Assembly: GCA_963701125.1 (NCBI GenBank)
Contig: OY969568.1
Coordinates: 3,571,108 to 3,635,107, forward strand
DNA length: 64,000 nucleotides
Direction: 5' to 3'
Source: an uncultured Actinomycetes bacterium
Lineage (GTDB): Bacteria > Actinomycetota > Thermoleophilia > Gaiellales > JAICJC01
A program made the position numbers and the translations under genes. Positions 27,459 through 36,679 of this stretch are shown piece after piece; position 1 is the first letter of the stretch; each line of letters opens with the position of its first letter. A model generated the notes under the pieces. That model was not told the DNA's origin. It saw only the letters and a list, made by a program, of their open reading frames with translations, and made no database searches.

Positions 27459-28397
27459 GTGGGAGGTCGGGAGGCACAGGGATGGGGGCGGTGCGCGCGC
27501 GGGCTCGTGCGCGCGGCGTGCCTCGCGGCGGTCGCTCTGGCGGGCGTCTCGGCGGGCGCCGTCGTGCCGCCGCCGGCCGACGCGGCGACGCCGTGCGGCC
27601 CGAGCAAGACGATCCCGCGCTACACGCACATCGTCGTGATCGCGTTCGAGAACACGTCGTACGCGTCCGTTCTCGGCCCGTCGGCGCCCGCGAGCTACTT
27701 CAAGACGCTCGCCGGCGAGTGCGGCTCGGCGACCCACTTCACCGCCACGGAGTTCCCGCACAGCCTGCCGAACTACCTCGCGGTCACCGGCGGGACCACC
27801 GGCTCGGTCACCGGCGACTGCCTGCCCGGCACTTCGTGCAGCGTCCCCGGCGGCGGCATCTTCGGCCAGGTCGGCCCCAGCCAGTGGCGCGTGTGGGCGG
27901 AGTCGATGCCGCAGGCGTGCTCCAAGGCGAACGCCTCGCCCTACGTCGCGCGCCACAACCCGCCGGCCTACTACACGGGGACCTCGGCGGCGACGTGCCG
28001 GGCCGACGACCTGCCGATGCCCGCGAAGCTCCCCGCGCCGGCGCGGTCGTTCACCTGGATCAGCCCGAACCTCCAGGACGACCTGACGCTCGGCACGGTG
28101 AGCGATGCCGGCACGTGGCTCCAGGGCGTGCTCGGCGGCTCGACCGGCCTGCTGAACACGAAGCCCTACAACCAGGGCCATACGGCCATCTTCATCTGGT
28201 TCGACACGGCGGCCGACACCGATGCCGCGTCGACCCCGATCCCGCTGATCGTCGTTGCGCCGAGCACGGGGCATCGCACGGTGGCGACGGCGTTCAGCAA
28301 CTATGCGCTCCTGCGCGGCTTCGAGAACATGCTCGGGCTGCCGTGCCTGGGCGGCGCCTGCACCGCCATCGGGTTCAACAACGCCTTTCGGCTCTGA
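27459..28397 (+). CDS. Secreted phosphoesterase-family protein (acid phosphatase/phospholipase C-like)
   Basis: Signal peptide followed by YTHIVVIAFENTSY and SLPNYLAVTGG, typical of the phosphoesterase family. Confidence 0.65.
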   Translation: MGGREAQGWGRCARGLVRAACLAAVALAGVSAGAVVPPPADAATPCGPSKTIPRYTHIVVIAFENTSYASVLGPSAPASYFKTLAGECGSATHFTATEFPHSLPNYLAVTGGTTGSVTGDCLPGTSCSVPGGGIFGQVGPSQWRVWAESMPQACSKANASPYVARHNPPAYYTGTSAATCRADDLPMPAKLPAPARSFTWISPNLQDDLTLGTVSDAGTWLQGVLGGSTGLLNTKPYNQGHTAIFIWFDTAADTDAASTPIPLIVVAPSTGHRTVATAFSNYALLRGFENMLGLPCLGGACTAIGFNNAFRL

Positions 28398-28427
28398 TCG
28401 CACGCCCACCGCGGATACAGTGCAGGC

Positions 28428-28760
28428 ATGAGCAAGAAGCGTGACCGCCGCTCGCGACCGGGGCGCCTGCGCCGGCGTCTCATCATCGGAAGCGCGTTCG
28501 TGCTGGTCGAGATGGTGGGCCTCCGGCTGCGCACGGGGCGCGTCGCCGGCAAGGTCGTCGTCCGCTGCCGCCAGGGGCACCTGTTCACGACGATCTGGAT
28601 CCCGGGCGCGTCCTTCAAGGCCGTCCGGCTCGGCATGTGGCGTTTCCAGCGCTGCCCGGTCGGCCGCCACTGGACGCTCGTGGCGCCGGTGAACCCGGAC
28701 GAGCTCACCGACGAGGAGCGGCGCGTCGCGGCCGAGCACCGCGACACGCGCATCCCCTGA
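28428..28760 (+). CDS. Small conserved hypothetical protein, possible zinc-ribbon
   Basis: One TM-like segment, then VVVRCRQGHLFTTIWIPGASFKAVRLGMWRFQRCPVGRHW (C..H...C..H spacing). Confidence 0.55.
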   Translation: MSKKRDRRSRPGRLRRRLIIGSAFVLVEMVGLRLRTGRVAGKVVVRCRQGHLFTTIWIPGASFKAVRLGMWRFQRCPVGRHWTLVAPVNPDELTDEERRVAAEHRDTRIP

Positions 28761-28784
28761 CGAGCCGGAGAGGCCTCGATGAGC

Positions 28785-29663
28785 TCAGCAGGCCGGGTAG
28801 GCGGCTGCGAGCCTTCGGCAGGCGGCGCGCGTGGGCGAGGGGCCGATGATCCCGGGTTCGGGGCATTCCCAGCCGGGGTTCACGTACCAGCCGTAGGCGG
28901 ATTGCGCGACCAGGGCGCCGCAACGGTCGTGCAGCTGCCAGGCAAACCCGTCCACCCCGTCGGCGAGTGCGTTCAGCTTGGGGTAGAAGGCGTTGAAGCG
29001 AGCGGCGAAGCGGTGGCGAGTCGAGACGGTCAGCCGTGCGGTCGCGGCGAGCCGGTCAGGCTGGGAGAAGGTGATCGCCGCGACCGCGAACCCGGCTGTC
29101 CGCGCCGCGCGGGTGATCCGCACGACCAGGTCGTGTCTGGACGGCTGGCGGGTGAACGTCGGGCGTGCGTCGAGCGGCTCGCTCTCCACCGCTTGCGTTT
29201 GCCCGTGGTCGCGAACGCCCTCGCTTTCGCCACGCACGCGCGCGCCGCGCCCAGGGATCGCGGCGAGGTAGGCGCGCTCGAACACCTGGGCCTGCCAGAT
29301 GACCCAGTCGCGGGCGTCTTCCTGGGTCGGTGTGGTGGTGCGGGTGAGGAGCGGCGCCCGCACCACAACCGACACCCAATCCGGCCCGCGGACCGCTCGG
29401 AACTGGCGGAATTCGCGGGGAGCGCGACCGAAGTGGACGCTCGCGATCGCTACCCTGCCCATCCCCTCCAGTATGCCCTCGGCGCGCCGGCGCATCGCAG
29501 CGGTACCGCCCGTCACCGACACCGGCGTCGCAGACGCTCGCGCCACGACCATAACCATCGACCGGTGCGAGCCCGGCGGGGCGCTCACACGGCCGCCAGC
29601 GCCACACCCCGACGCGAACACCACGCCGACCACACACACCAGACAGGCACCCACGATTCGCAC
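28785..29663 (-). CDS. Hypothetical lipoprotein
   Basis: N-terminal CLVCVVGVVFASGC lipobox. No family recognised. Confidence 0.5.
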   Translation of the reverse strand: MRIVGACLVCVVGVVFASGCGAGGRVSAPPGSHRSMVMVVARASATPVSVTGGTAAMRRRAEGILEGMGRVAIASVHFGRAPREFRQFRAVRGPDWVSVVVRAPLLTRTTTPTQEDARDWVIWQAQVFERAYLAAIPGRGARVRGESEGVRDHGQTQAVESEPLDARPTFTRQPSRHDLVVRITRAARTAGFAVAAITFSQPDRLAATARLTVSTRHRFAARFNAFYPKLNALADGVDGFAWQLHDRCGALVAQSAYGWYVNPGWECPEPGIIGPSPTRAACRRLAAAYPAC

Positions 29664-29758
29664 TGGTCACCGCCGACGTTGACGAATGGGCACAGACTAT
29701 CTGCGATGGGAAGCCGAAGGGCGCCGAGGTCCGGCGCGAGCCGTTTCGCTCGCCTCTT

Positions 29759-30844
29759 CTACGCCGGCCCGCGCTCCTGCAGGTAGCGGGTGTTGAAGCC
29801 GTCGAGCAGGGAGTCCTTCTCGGCCAGCACGCCGTGGGTGAAGGCGCGCGAGCGCACGCCGCGCTGCACCCGCTCGCACACGACGTAGTCCTGGTGGGCG
29901 ACGAGCTCGACGAACTCGACGATCTCGGACGGGTCGAAGCCGGGATCGGCGATCGCCTCGGGCCGGAACAGGTAGTCGGTGATGACGGTCGTGTGTCCGG
30001 GCTCGCGTGGCAGCAGCGTGGTCGCGATCGCGCCGGTGCCGGTCACGTCGATGAACATGTTCGGGAACACGGTGCAGCCGTAGAGCGAGGTCGAGTCGTG
30101 CTCGTCGAGCCCCGGCATCACCGGCAGGCTGGACTGGCCGGTGCGCGTGAAGCTCGTCCCGCCGCCCGCGATCGCGACGCCGCCGTCGCCGCGGTGGGCG
30201 TCGTACACCGATCCCTTGCGGAACGCCGGCACGACGGCGACCAGCTCGGGGTGCACCGTCGGGCAATGCAGGCACTCGTTGTAGTTCTCGATCAGGATCT
30301 TCCAGTTGGCCTGCACCTCGTTCACGGTCATATGGCCGCTGCGCAGGTCGGTCAGGTTGAAGCGGGCAAATGAGAGCGGCCCGTCGTGCTGGCCGCCAAG
30401 CCAGGTCTCGAGCGGCTGCGGGTCGGGATCGAGGTGCACGAAGAGGAACCCCTCCCAGACGTCCACCTCGACCGGCCACAGGCCGAGCGCATCGCGGTCG
30501 AGCTCGTCCTTGCCGACGTTGGGGGTGCCGATCAGGCGGCCGTCGAACGAGTATGACCAGGCGTGGTAGGGGCACTTGACGGCGCCCTTCATCCGCCCGG
30601 ACAGCTCGTCGCACAGCCGCGAGCCGCGGTGGCGGCACACGTTGTAGAAGCCGTGCAGCCGGCCGTCCTTGTCGCGCAGGACGATCACGCTCTCGCCCGC
30701 GACGTCGACCGTCATGAAGTCGCCCGCCTCGGCGAGCGCATCGGCGCGGCCGGCGTAGAACCAGTTGCGGGCGAAGATCCGCTCGCGCTCCACCTCGAAC
30801 ACCTCGGCCGCGTGATAGTCGCGGCCGGACAGCGTCTTCATCAT
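29759..30844 (-). CDS. Rieske [2Fe-2S] aromatic-ring-hydroxylating oxygenase alpha subunit-like protein
   Basis: CRHRGSRL...CPYHAWSY Rieske motif, and NYNECLHCPTVHPEL mononuclear-iron region. ATG at 30844. Confidence 0.85.
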   Translation of the reverse strand: MMKTLSGRDYHAAEVFEVERERIFARNWFYAGRADALAEAGDFMTVDVAGESVIVLRDKDGRLHGFYNVCRHRGSRLCDELSGRMKGAVKCPYHAWSYSFDGRLIGTPNVGKDELDRDALGLWPVEVDVWEGFLFVHLDPDPQPLETWLGGQHDGPLSFARFNLTDLRSGHMTVNEVQANWKILIENYNECLHCPTVHPELVAVVPAFRKGSVYDAHRGDGGVAIAGGGTSFTRTGQSSLPVMPGLDEHDSTSLYGCTVFPNMFIDVTGTGAIATTLLPREPGHTTVITDYLFRPEAIADPGFDPSEIVEFVELVAHQDYVVCERVQRGVRSRAFTHGVLAEKDSLLDGFNTRYLQERGPA

Positions 30845-30929
30845 CGGTACCGCCAAAACTGCCTCCTCGTAGCCCGTCGAACCGGCTTCCAGCCTACCAT
30901 TCGGGCCCGTTCCGGCCGATACTGCACCG

Positions 30930-31778
30930 ATGCAGATCGTCCGTCCCCCCGGCGCACAGGATGCGCTCGAGATGGTGCAGGAGCCCCTGCGGGCGAGCGG
31001 CGCGGCGGGTGAGGTCTCGTTCGGGATCCTGACCCGGCTCGTCGCCGAGCCCGACGCGTGGGGGGCCGAGGTGACCATCCTGATGGCGGTCGAGTCGGGC
31101 CGCCCTGCGGCCCTGGTGACGATGACGGGGCCGCATCCGGCGCTGATCGTCGCCTTCGCCGAGCTGCGCACGGAGGTCTACGCGGGGCTCGTCGCGGCGA
31201 TGCTCGACGACGGCCGCCGCCCGAGCGCGGTGAACGGCGCCCGGCAGGCGGCCGAGGCGTTCGCGGCCGCGTTCGGCGCCGCCGGGGCACGGGTGCAGGT
31301 GCGTCGTGACGTGCGCGTGTTCGAGCTTCGGGAGGTGCGCCCGCCGGCGCGGCCGCCGGGGCGGGTGCGGCCCGCGGCGGCTGCCGAGACCGACCTGCTC
31401 GAGCGGTGGACGCTCGCGTTCTTCGCCGACGTGGGGGAGCCGGAGACGCCCGCCGCGGCCGCCCGCACCGTCGCGCACAAGCTGGCGCACGACGATCTGC
31501 TCGTCTGGGAGCGCGACGGCCGCGTCGTCTCGATGGCCGGCGTCGTGCGGCGCACCGCCCGGTCGTCGTCGATCGCGCTGGTCTACACGCCGCCCGAGCT
31601 GCGCGGCAACGGCTATGCCAGCGCGGTCGTCGCGGCGCTCTCCCAGCGCGAGCTCGATGCGGGCCAGGAGTGGTGCTCGCTGCTGGCCGACGTCGCCAAC
31701 CCGACCACGAACCACATCTACGCCGCGATCGGGTACGAGCCGAAGTGCGACATGCGCCACCTGCTGCTCACCTGGTGA
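30930..31778 (+). CDS. GNAT-family N-acetyltransferase
   Basis: C-terminal VYTPPELRGNGYASAVVAALSQRE...NPTTNHIYAAIGYE (acetyl-CoA binding motif A). Confidence 0.7.
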   Translation: MQIVRPPGAQDALEMVQEPLRASGAAGEVSFGILTRLVAEPDAWGAEVTILMAVESGRPAALVTMTGPHPALIVAFAELRTEVYAGLVAAMLDDGRRPSAVNGARQAAEAFAAAFGAAGARVQVRRDVRVFELREVRPPARPPGRVRPAAAAETDLLERWTLAFFADVGEPETPAAAARTVAHKLAHDDLLVWERDGRVVSMAGVVRRTARSSSIALVYTPPELRGNGYASAVVAALSQRELDAGQEWCSLLADVANPTTNHIYAAIGYEPKCDMRHLLLTW

Positions 31779-31861
31779 CCCGCCTGCGCACATTCGACAA
31801 CGTGCGTTATTGACGCTATGTTGTCTCACGGGTACGCGCACGGGCGGCGTTGTGAAGCGGG

Positions 31862-33280
31862 GTGAACGCAATGGGGCGCGACGACGGGTCTCGCCGACCG
31901 GCGAGGGCGATACCGGGTGACCTTTCAGAGACGACGCAGGCGATCGCGATCGCGCGCGTGAGCGACGCGGTGATGGTCGAGGTCAGCGACGGCTTCTGCG
32001 ATCTGGTCGGCCGTTCGCGGGACGAGATCCTCGGCCACACGGCGGCGGAGCTTGGTATCAGCGAGCGTGACCGCCTCGACTGGCTGATCGCCCGCTTCCC
32101 GGAGCCGGGGCGCAGCCATCGCCAGCGGCGAGTGTTCAACACTCCGAACGGCCGCCGCGTCGCCGACCTCGACATCCACGGGATCGCGATCGGCGGCGAA
32201 CGCCTCATCGTCTCGGTGATCACCCCCTTGCCGATCTCCGACACGAATCCCGACGTGCTGGGCGCCGTCCTCGACGCGGCCCCGCTCGGGATGGTCGTCT
32301 ATGACCGCAACCTTCGCATCGTGCGCCTGAACCGGGCCGTCGAGACCACCGGCGCCTTCGGTGCGCGCGACGTCGGCAAGCGCCTTCAGGACGTCATCCC
32401 CGACGTCGCCGGTGCGACCGTCGAGGCGATCGAGCGGGTGTTCCAGACCGGCGAGCCGGTGGTCGGCATGGAGACGGTGGGAGTCGACGGCGGCGCCTAC
32501 CTGCTCACGATCTTCCCGATCATGGGCGCGACCGACGAGGTCGAGCGCGTCGGCACGATGGCGCTCGACGTCACCGGGCGGGCGTCGGCCGAGCGGGCGC
32601 TCGTCGAGAGCGAGGAGCGCCGTCGCGAGATCCTCGCGAGCATGCTCCAGGCCGAGGAGGTCGAGCGCAGCCGGATCGCGACCGAGCTCCACGACGACAC
32701 GGTGCAGGTGATGGCGGCGGCGCTGATCTCGCTCGACCGCGTCGCGCTCGTGGCGACGCGGACAGGCAACGAGCGCCTGAGCGCGGCGCTCGCGGTGACG
32801 CGCGCGACGCTCGAGGAGGCGACCGAGCGCACCCGCAGGCTGATGTTCGAGCTGCGCCCGGCCGTGCTGCACGACCACGGGCTGCTCGAGGCGATGCGCG
32901 TGCTCGCGGCCCAGGTCGCCCGCGAGGTCGGCGCCCGGGCCGAGGTGGTCGGCACCGCTGCCCGCTACGACCTGACCGTCGAGGAGCTCGTGTACCGCAC
33001 CGCGCAGGAGGCGCTCGCAAACGTGCGCAAGCACGCAAGCCCCTCGCGGATCTCGGTCGCGATCGCCGAGCGCGGCGGCCGCATCGTCGCCGACATCGAG
33101 GACGACGGCTGCGGGTTCGACCCGGCCGACGTGCGCTCGCGCCCGTCCGCGGCCCTGCATCTGGGCCTCGACTCGATGGTCGAGCGCATCCGGGCGGCCG
33201 GGGGAGAGGTCACGCTCGACTCGGCGCCGGGCGCCGGCACGCGCGTCCGCTTCTCGGTGCCGGTGGGCGTGTCGCGGTAA
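31862..33280 (+). CDS. Cytoplasmic PAS-PAS sensor histidine kinase (HisKA_3/NarL-partner type)
   Basis: SRIATELHDDTVQVM H-box, HATPase region (DDGCGF..., GLDSMVERI), two PAS-like segments and no TM. No response regulator lies adjacent. Confidence 0.8.
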   Translation: MNAMGRDDGSRRPARAIPGDLSETTQAIAIARVSDAVMVEVSDGFCDLVGRSRDEILGHTAAELGISERDRLDWLIARFPEPGRSHRQRRVFNTPNGRRVADLDIHGIAIGGERLIVSVITPLPISDTNPDVLGAVLDAAPLGMVVYDRNLRIVRLNRAVETTGAFGARDVGKRLQDVIPDVAGATVEAIERVFQTGEPVVGMETVGVDGGAYLLTIFPIMGATDEVERVGTMALDVTGRASAERALVESEERRREILASMLQAEEVERSRIATELHDDTVQVMAAALISLDRVALVATRTGNERLSAALAVTRATLEEATERTRRLMFELRPAVLHDHGLLEAMRVLAAQVAREVGARAEVVGTAARYDLTVEELVYRTAQEALANVRKHASPSRISVAIAERGGRIVADIEDDGCGFDPADVRSRPSAALHLGLDSMVERIRAAGGEVTLDSAPGAGTRVRFSVPVGVSR

Positions 33281-33382
33281 AACACGAACCTCGAAAGGGC
33301 TGCAAAGCTCACCATTCCGCAAGGTTCACATACGGCGTTTCGGCCCGTAAATCGGCGCCGGCGCGACGATTACCGGGCCACG

Positions 33383-33589
33383 ATGACCTTCCAGCCCCAC
33401 CCAGATCCGGTGATCGCCTACGAGACCCAGGCGCGCTATGCGCCCGGCGAGGCGTGGATCACGCTTGACGTCAGCGTCTCGCGCACCGTCGCCGTCGATG
33501 AGGCGTTCTTCCGCCAGGATCCCTGGGGCCGGATGCCCACCGAGGTGCGGGTGCGAAGCGTCCTGCACGGCCCGCACAACGATCTGTAG
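33383..33589 (+). CDS. Small hypothetical protein
   Basis: 68-aa ORF with balanced composition that fills the gap before trpS. No homology recognised. Confidence 0.3.
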   Translation: MTFQPHPDPVIAYETQARYAPGEAWITLDVSVSRTVAVDEAFFRQDPWGRMPTEVRVRSVLHGPHNDL

Positions 33590-33595
33590 CGCGGC

Positions 33596-34604
33596 TCAGT
33601 AGGCGGTGTGCATGAGGCTGTGGACGTGGCCGAGCGTCTCGTCGGCGACCGCCTGTGCCCGCTCGCTGCCGGCCCGCAGCACCGAGCGCAGGTGGCCGCG
33701 GTCGGCGAGCAGGGCGCGGCGCCTGGCGCGCACGGCCCGGAAGCGCTCGTTGACCGCATCGGTGACGAGGCGTTTGAGGGCGGCCGAGCCGCCTGTCGCC
33801 GACCGACGCCGCCACCGCCTCCGGCGGCTCGTCGAGGCAGAGCGCGGCCAGCAGCACCAGGTTTGCCACCTCGGGCCGGCGGTCGGGCTCGTAGGTGATG
33901 GCCCGCTCGGCATCGGTCCGGGCCGAGCGGATCAGGCGGGCCGTCTCGTCCTCGCTCGCGCCGATCGCGATCGCATTTCGGCGGCTCTTGCTCATCTTCC
34001 CGCCGTCGACGCCCAGAAGCAGCGGCGCCGACCCGAGCATCGCCTCGGGCTCGGGGAAGAAGGGGCCGTCCGACGGGGCGTAGCGCGCGTTGAACCGCCG
34101 TGCGATCAGCCGCGCGATCTCGACGTGCGGCAGCTGATCGCGGCCGACCGGCACGAGGTTCGCGCGGCAGAACAGGATGTCGGCCGCCTGATGGACGGGG
34201 TAGGTGAACATCAGCGCCGACATCGCCGCCGCGCCGCTCGCGCGCATCTCGTCCTTGACGGTCGGGTTGCGCCGTACCTCGGTGACGCTCACGAGGCTCA
34301 GGAACGGCACCAGCAGCTGGTTGAGCCCACTCACCTGGCTGTGCGCGAAGATCGTCGCCCGGCCGGGGTCGATCCCGACGGCGAGATAGTCGGCCACGAG
34401 CGCGTCGACGTCCTCGGCGAGCCCCGCCGGCGAGTCGCGATCGGTGATCGTCTGGTAGTCGGCGACGACCACGAAGAGCTCGACGCCCTCGTCCTGGAGC
34501 CGGACGCGGTTTTCGAGCGTCCCGAAGTAGTGGCCGAGGTGGAGCGGGCCCGTGGGCCGGTCGCCCGTGAGCACGCGGGGCGTTGTGGGATCGATATGGA
34601 ACAC
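33596..34604 (-). pseudogene. trpS: Tryptophan--tRNA ligase with an apparent single frameshift near 33790-33800
   Basis: HIGH motif (PLHLGHY) and KMSKS are present in ORF 33471..34604. The conserved C-terminus (GGSAALKRLVTDAVNERF...AQAVADETLGHVHSLM) is in ORF 33596..33913, another frame. Confidence 0.85.
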
Positions 34605-34820
34605 GAGAACCTCCTTCAGGTGAGCGGCGGAGCGGCCTCACAGGGGTTCACGTCGATCATGCAGGCGAACCGTCCGAAGACCGGCCCGCCGTGGGTGCAC
34701 GAAGCTACGGGCCGCTCAGAGCGGCCGCCACCAGCACGTGTGCGCGTGCGTGTGCATGTCTCGCACCGTAGCACGGGCGCCGTCACGGCCGCCCGGCCGG
34801 CGGGTGCCTACGCTTGGGGG

Positions 34821-35783
34821 ATGCGACGGCGCGTCGACCTGTGGCTCCTCGGGACGGCGCTCGCGCTCTCATTCGCGACGGGAGTCCTCTCGCTCTGGGT
34901 GAGCGAGCGGCACGCGGGCATCGTCGTTTGGGCGCACGGGGCGAGCGGTCTCGCCGTGGTGCTGCTCGTGTGGAGCAAGGTCGGTGTGATCCGCCGCGGC
35001 CTGCGCCGCCGCTGGCCGGACGTCGGCGCGTCGCTGATCGCCGCGGGATGCGCCGTGGCCCTGCTCGCCTCCGGCCTTGCCCACTCGGCCGGTGTGCGCG
35101 ACCTCGGGCCGCTGACGGCGCAGGGCTGGCACGTCACGTTCGCGCTCGTCCTCGCGCCGCTGCTCGTGGCGCACCTCCTGAGCCGGCCGATCCGGCTACG
35201 CGAGGGCGACCTGACGCGGGGCGCGTTCCTGCGGCTGGCGGCGCTCACCATGGGCGCGGTGGCCGCCAAGCTCGCGTTCGACCGCGTGCTCGGCGCGCCG
35301 CGCGCGGGGACGGGCTCGCTCGAGCAGGCGCAGCCGGCGCCGACGATCTGGCTCGACGACTCCGTGCCGCAGATCGACCCGGGCGCGTGGCGGCTCTCGG
35401 TCGGCGGCGCGCGGCTCGGGCTGGACGACCTCGCCCGTCTGCCGCAGCGCGAGTGGACGGTCGAGCTCGACTGCACGAGCGGGTGGTATGCCCGCAACCG
35501 CTGGCGCGGCGTGCGCGTGTCCGATCTCCCGCTCGGCTCGGCGGCGGGCAGCTCGAGCATCGAGGTGCGCTCGGCGACCGGCTACTCGCGCCGGTTCGAC
35601 CCGTCGGTGGCGGGCGGGCTCATGATCGCCACGCATCTGGACGGCGCGCCGCTCGCCGCCGGCCACGGCGCCCCGGCGAGGCTCGTCGCACCCGGCCGGC
35701 GCGGGTTCTGGTGGGTGAAGTGGGTCACGGCGATCGACCGCAGCTCGAAGCCGGCCTGGTGGCAGTCGCCGTTTCCGCTGTGA
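34821..35783 (+). CDS. Membrane-anchored molybdopterin-dependent oxidoreductase (sulfite-oxidase/YedY-like fold)
   Basis: Four N-terminal TM segments, then the Oxidored_molyb pattern (LDCTSGWYARNRWRGV...GAPARLVAPGRRGFWWVKWV). ATG at 34821. Confidence 0.7.
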   Translation: MRRRVDLWLLGTALALSFATGVLSLWVSERHAGIVVWAHGASGLAVVLLVWSKVGVIRRGLRRRWPDVGASLIAAGCAVALLASGLAHSAGVRDLGPLTAQGWHVTFALVLAPLLVAHLLSRPIRLREGDLTRGAFLRLAALTMGAVAAKLAFDRVLGAPRAGTGSLEQAQPAPTIWLDDSVPQIDPGAWRLSVGGARLGLDDLARLPQREWTVELDCTSGWYARNRWRGVRVSDLPLGSAAGSSSIEVRSATGYSRRFDPSVAGGLMIATHLDGAPLAAGHGAPARLVAPGRRGFWWVKWVTAIDRSSKPAWWQSPFPL

Positions 35784-35995
35784 ACGACTCGCAGTACCAT
35801 GCACGCGTGCAGGACGCCCGGCTCACCGCCGCCGCGACCGCGGCGCTCGACGAGGCGATCGAACGCATGGGCGCGGATGTGTGCATCTGGTCGGTCGACC
35901 TTCTGATCGACCAGATCGCAGCGGACATCGCCACCGACCCGGCCGAGGAGGAGCATCTCCGCGCGGTCCTGCGCGCGCGCCAGGGCCTGGCCTGA
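35780..35995 (+). CDS. Small hypothetical protein (GTGA-coupled to the upstream gene)
   Basis: The in-frame GTG overlaps the upstream TGA. 71 aa, acidic, balanced composition. Confidence 0.3.
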   Translation: MNDSQYHARVQDARLTAAATAALDEAIERMGADVCIWSVDLLIDQIAADIATDPAEEEHLRAVLRARQGLA

Positions 35996-36014
35996 CGCGC
36001 CCGCCAGGGCCTGG

Positions 36015-36665
36015 GTGACGCGGGCCGGTGTAGCATCGGGTGCGATGGGCGACGATCTGCGACCGGACATCGACGGGTGGGCGCGTGCGCACGGCTTCGA
36101 CCCGTCGGACGACCAGATCGGCGGGACGACTCCGCTCCTGCGCCTGGGCATGCTGGACACGACGGATGCCACCTACCGCGGGACGATCGACGGGCAGGAC
36201 GCCATCCTGGCGGAGTTCTCGGTCGGCTCGCCCGACTGGTCGGAGGCGTTCACCGCCTCGGGCATCCGCTCGAGCGGCTTCACGCTGATCCTGATCTTCG
36301 TCGACGCCTCGCGGTGGCCGCGCCTCACCGTCCATCCGAGCCGCTTCAACGACCATGACTGGGCCCGTCGGCTGCTCGGCGCCGACCACCGCGTGCACAC
36401 GCTCTCGGAGCGGATGGACGCGCGGTATCGCGTCGTGGCGTCGGCCGGCATCGGCGCCGACCGGCTCGGCCGGCTCTTCACCTCCGAGCTGGTCGAGTGG
36501 TGGCTCGCGCAGGAGCCCGAGGTGATCGTGGACATCGAGGATCACGGAGACGGGGCGGGCTTCCTCACGGTCGCCCAGCTCGGCATCGGCATCGGCGACG
36601 AGGCGCTCACGACCCTGCAGGCACAGGCGTCGCACCTGCTCGCCGCATTCTCCGCCGTCACGTAG
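36015..36665 (+). CDS. Hypothetical protein
   Basis: 216-aa ORF with normal composition. A possible ATG start lies at 36045. Confidence 0.45.
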   Translation: MTRAGVASGAMGDDLRPDIDGWARAHGFDPSDDQIGGTTPLLRLGMLDTTDATYRGTIDGQDAILAEFSVGSPDWSEAFTASGIRSSGFTLILIFVDASRWPRLTVHPSRFNDHDWARRLLGADHRVHTLSERMDARYRVVASAGIGADRLGRLFTSELVEWWLAQEPEVIVDIEDHGDGAGFLTVAQLGIGIGDEALTTLQAQASHLLAAFSAVT

Positions 36666-36679
36666 TCGTCACATAGCCG

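Noticed and set aside
31795-31830. Short inverted repeat gacaac-N-gttgtc upstream of the PAS histidine kinase
   Set aside because: The arms are only 6 bp. A match of that size is expected by chance in an intergenic region, and nothing else supports it.
34605-34820. Possible T-box leader upstream of trpS (minus strand)
   Set aside because: The leader is only ~200 nt. It shows small hairpins and a ctggtggcggccgc stretch that only loosely resembles the T-box consensus GGTGGTACCGCG. I could not identify a specifier loop with UGG or a terminator/antiterminator pair. A covariance-model search would be needed.
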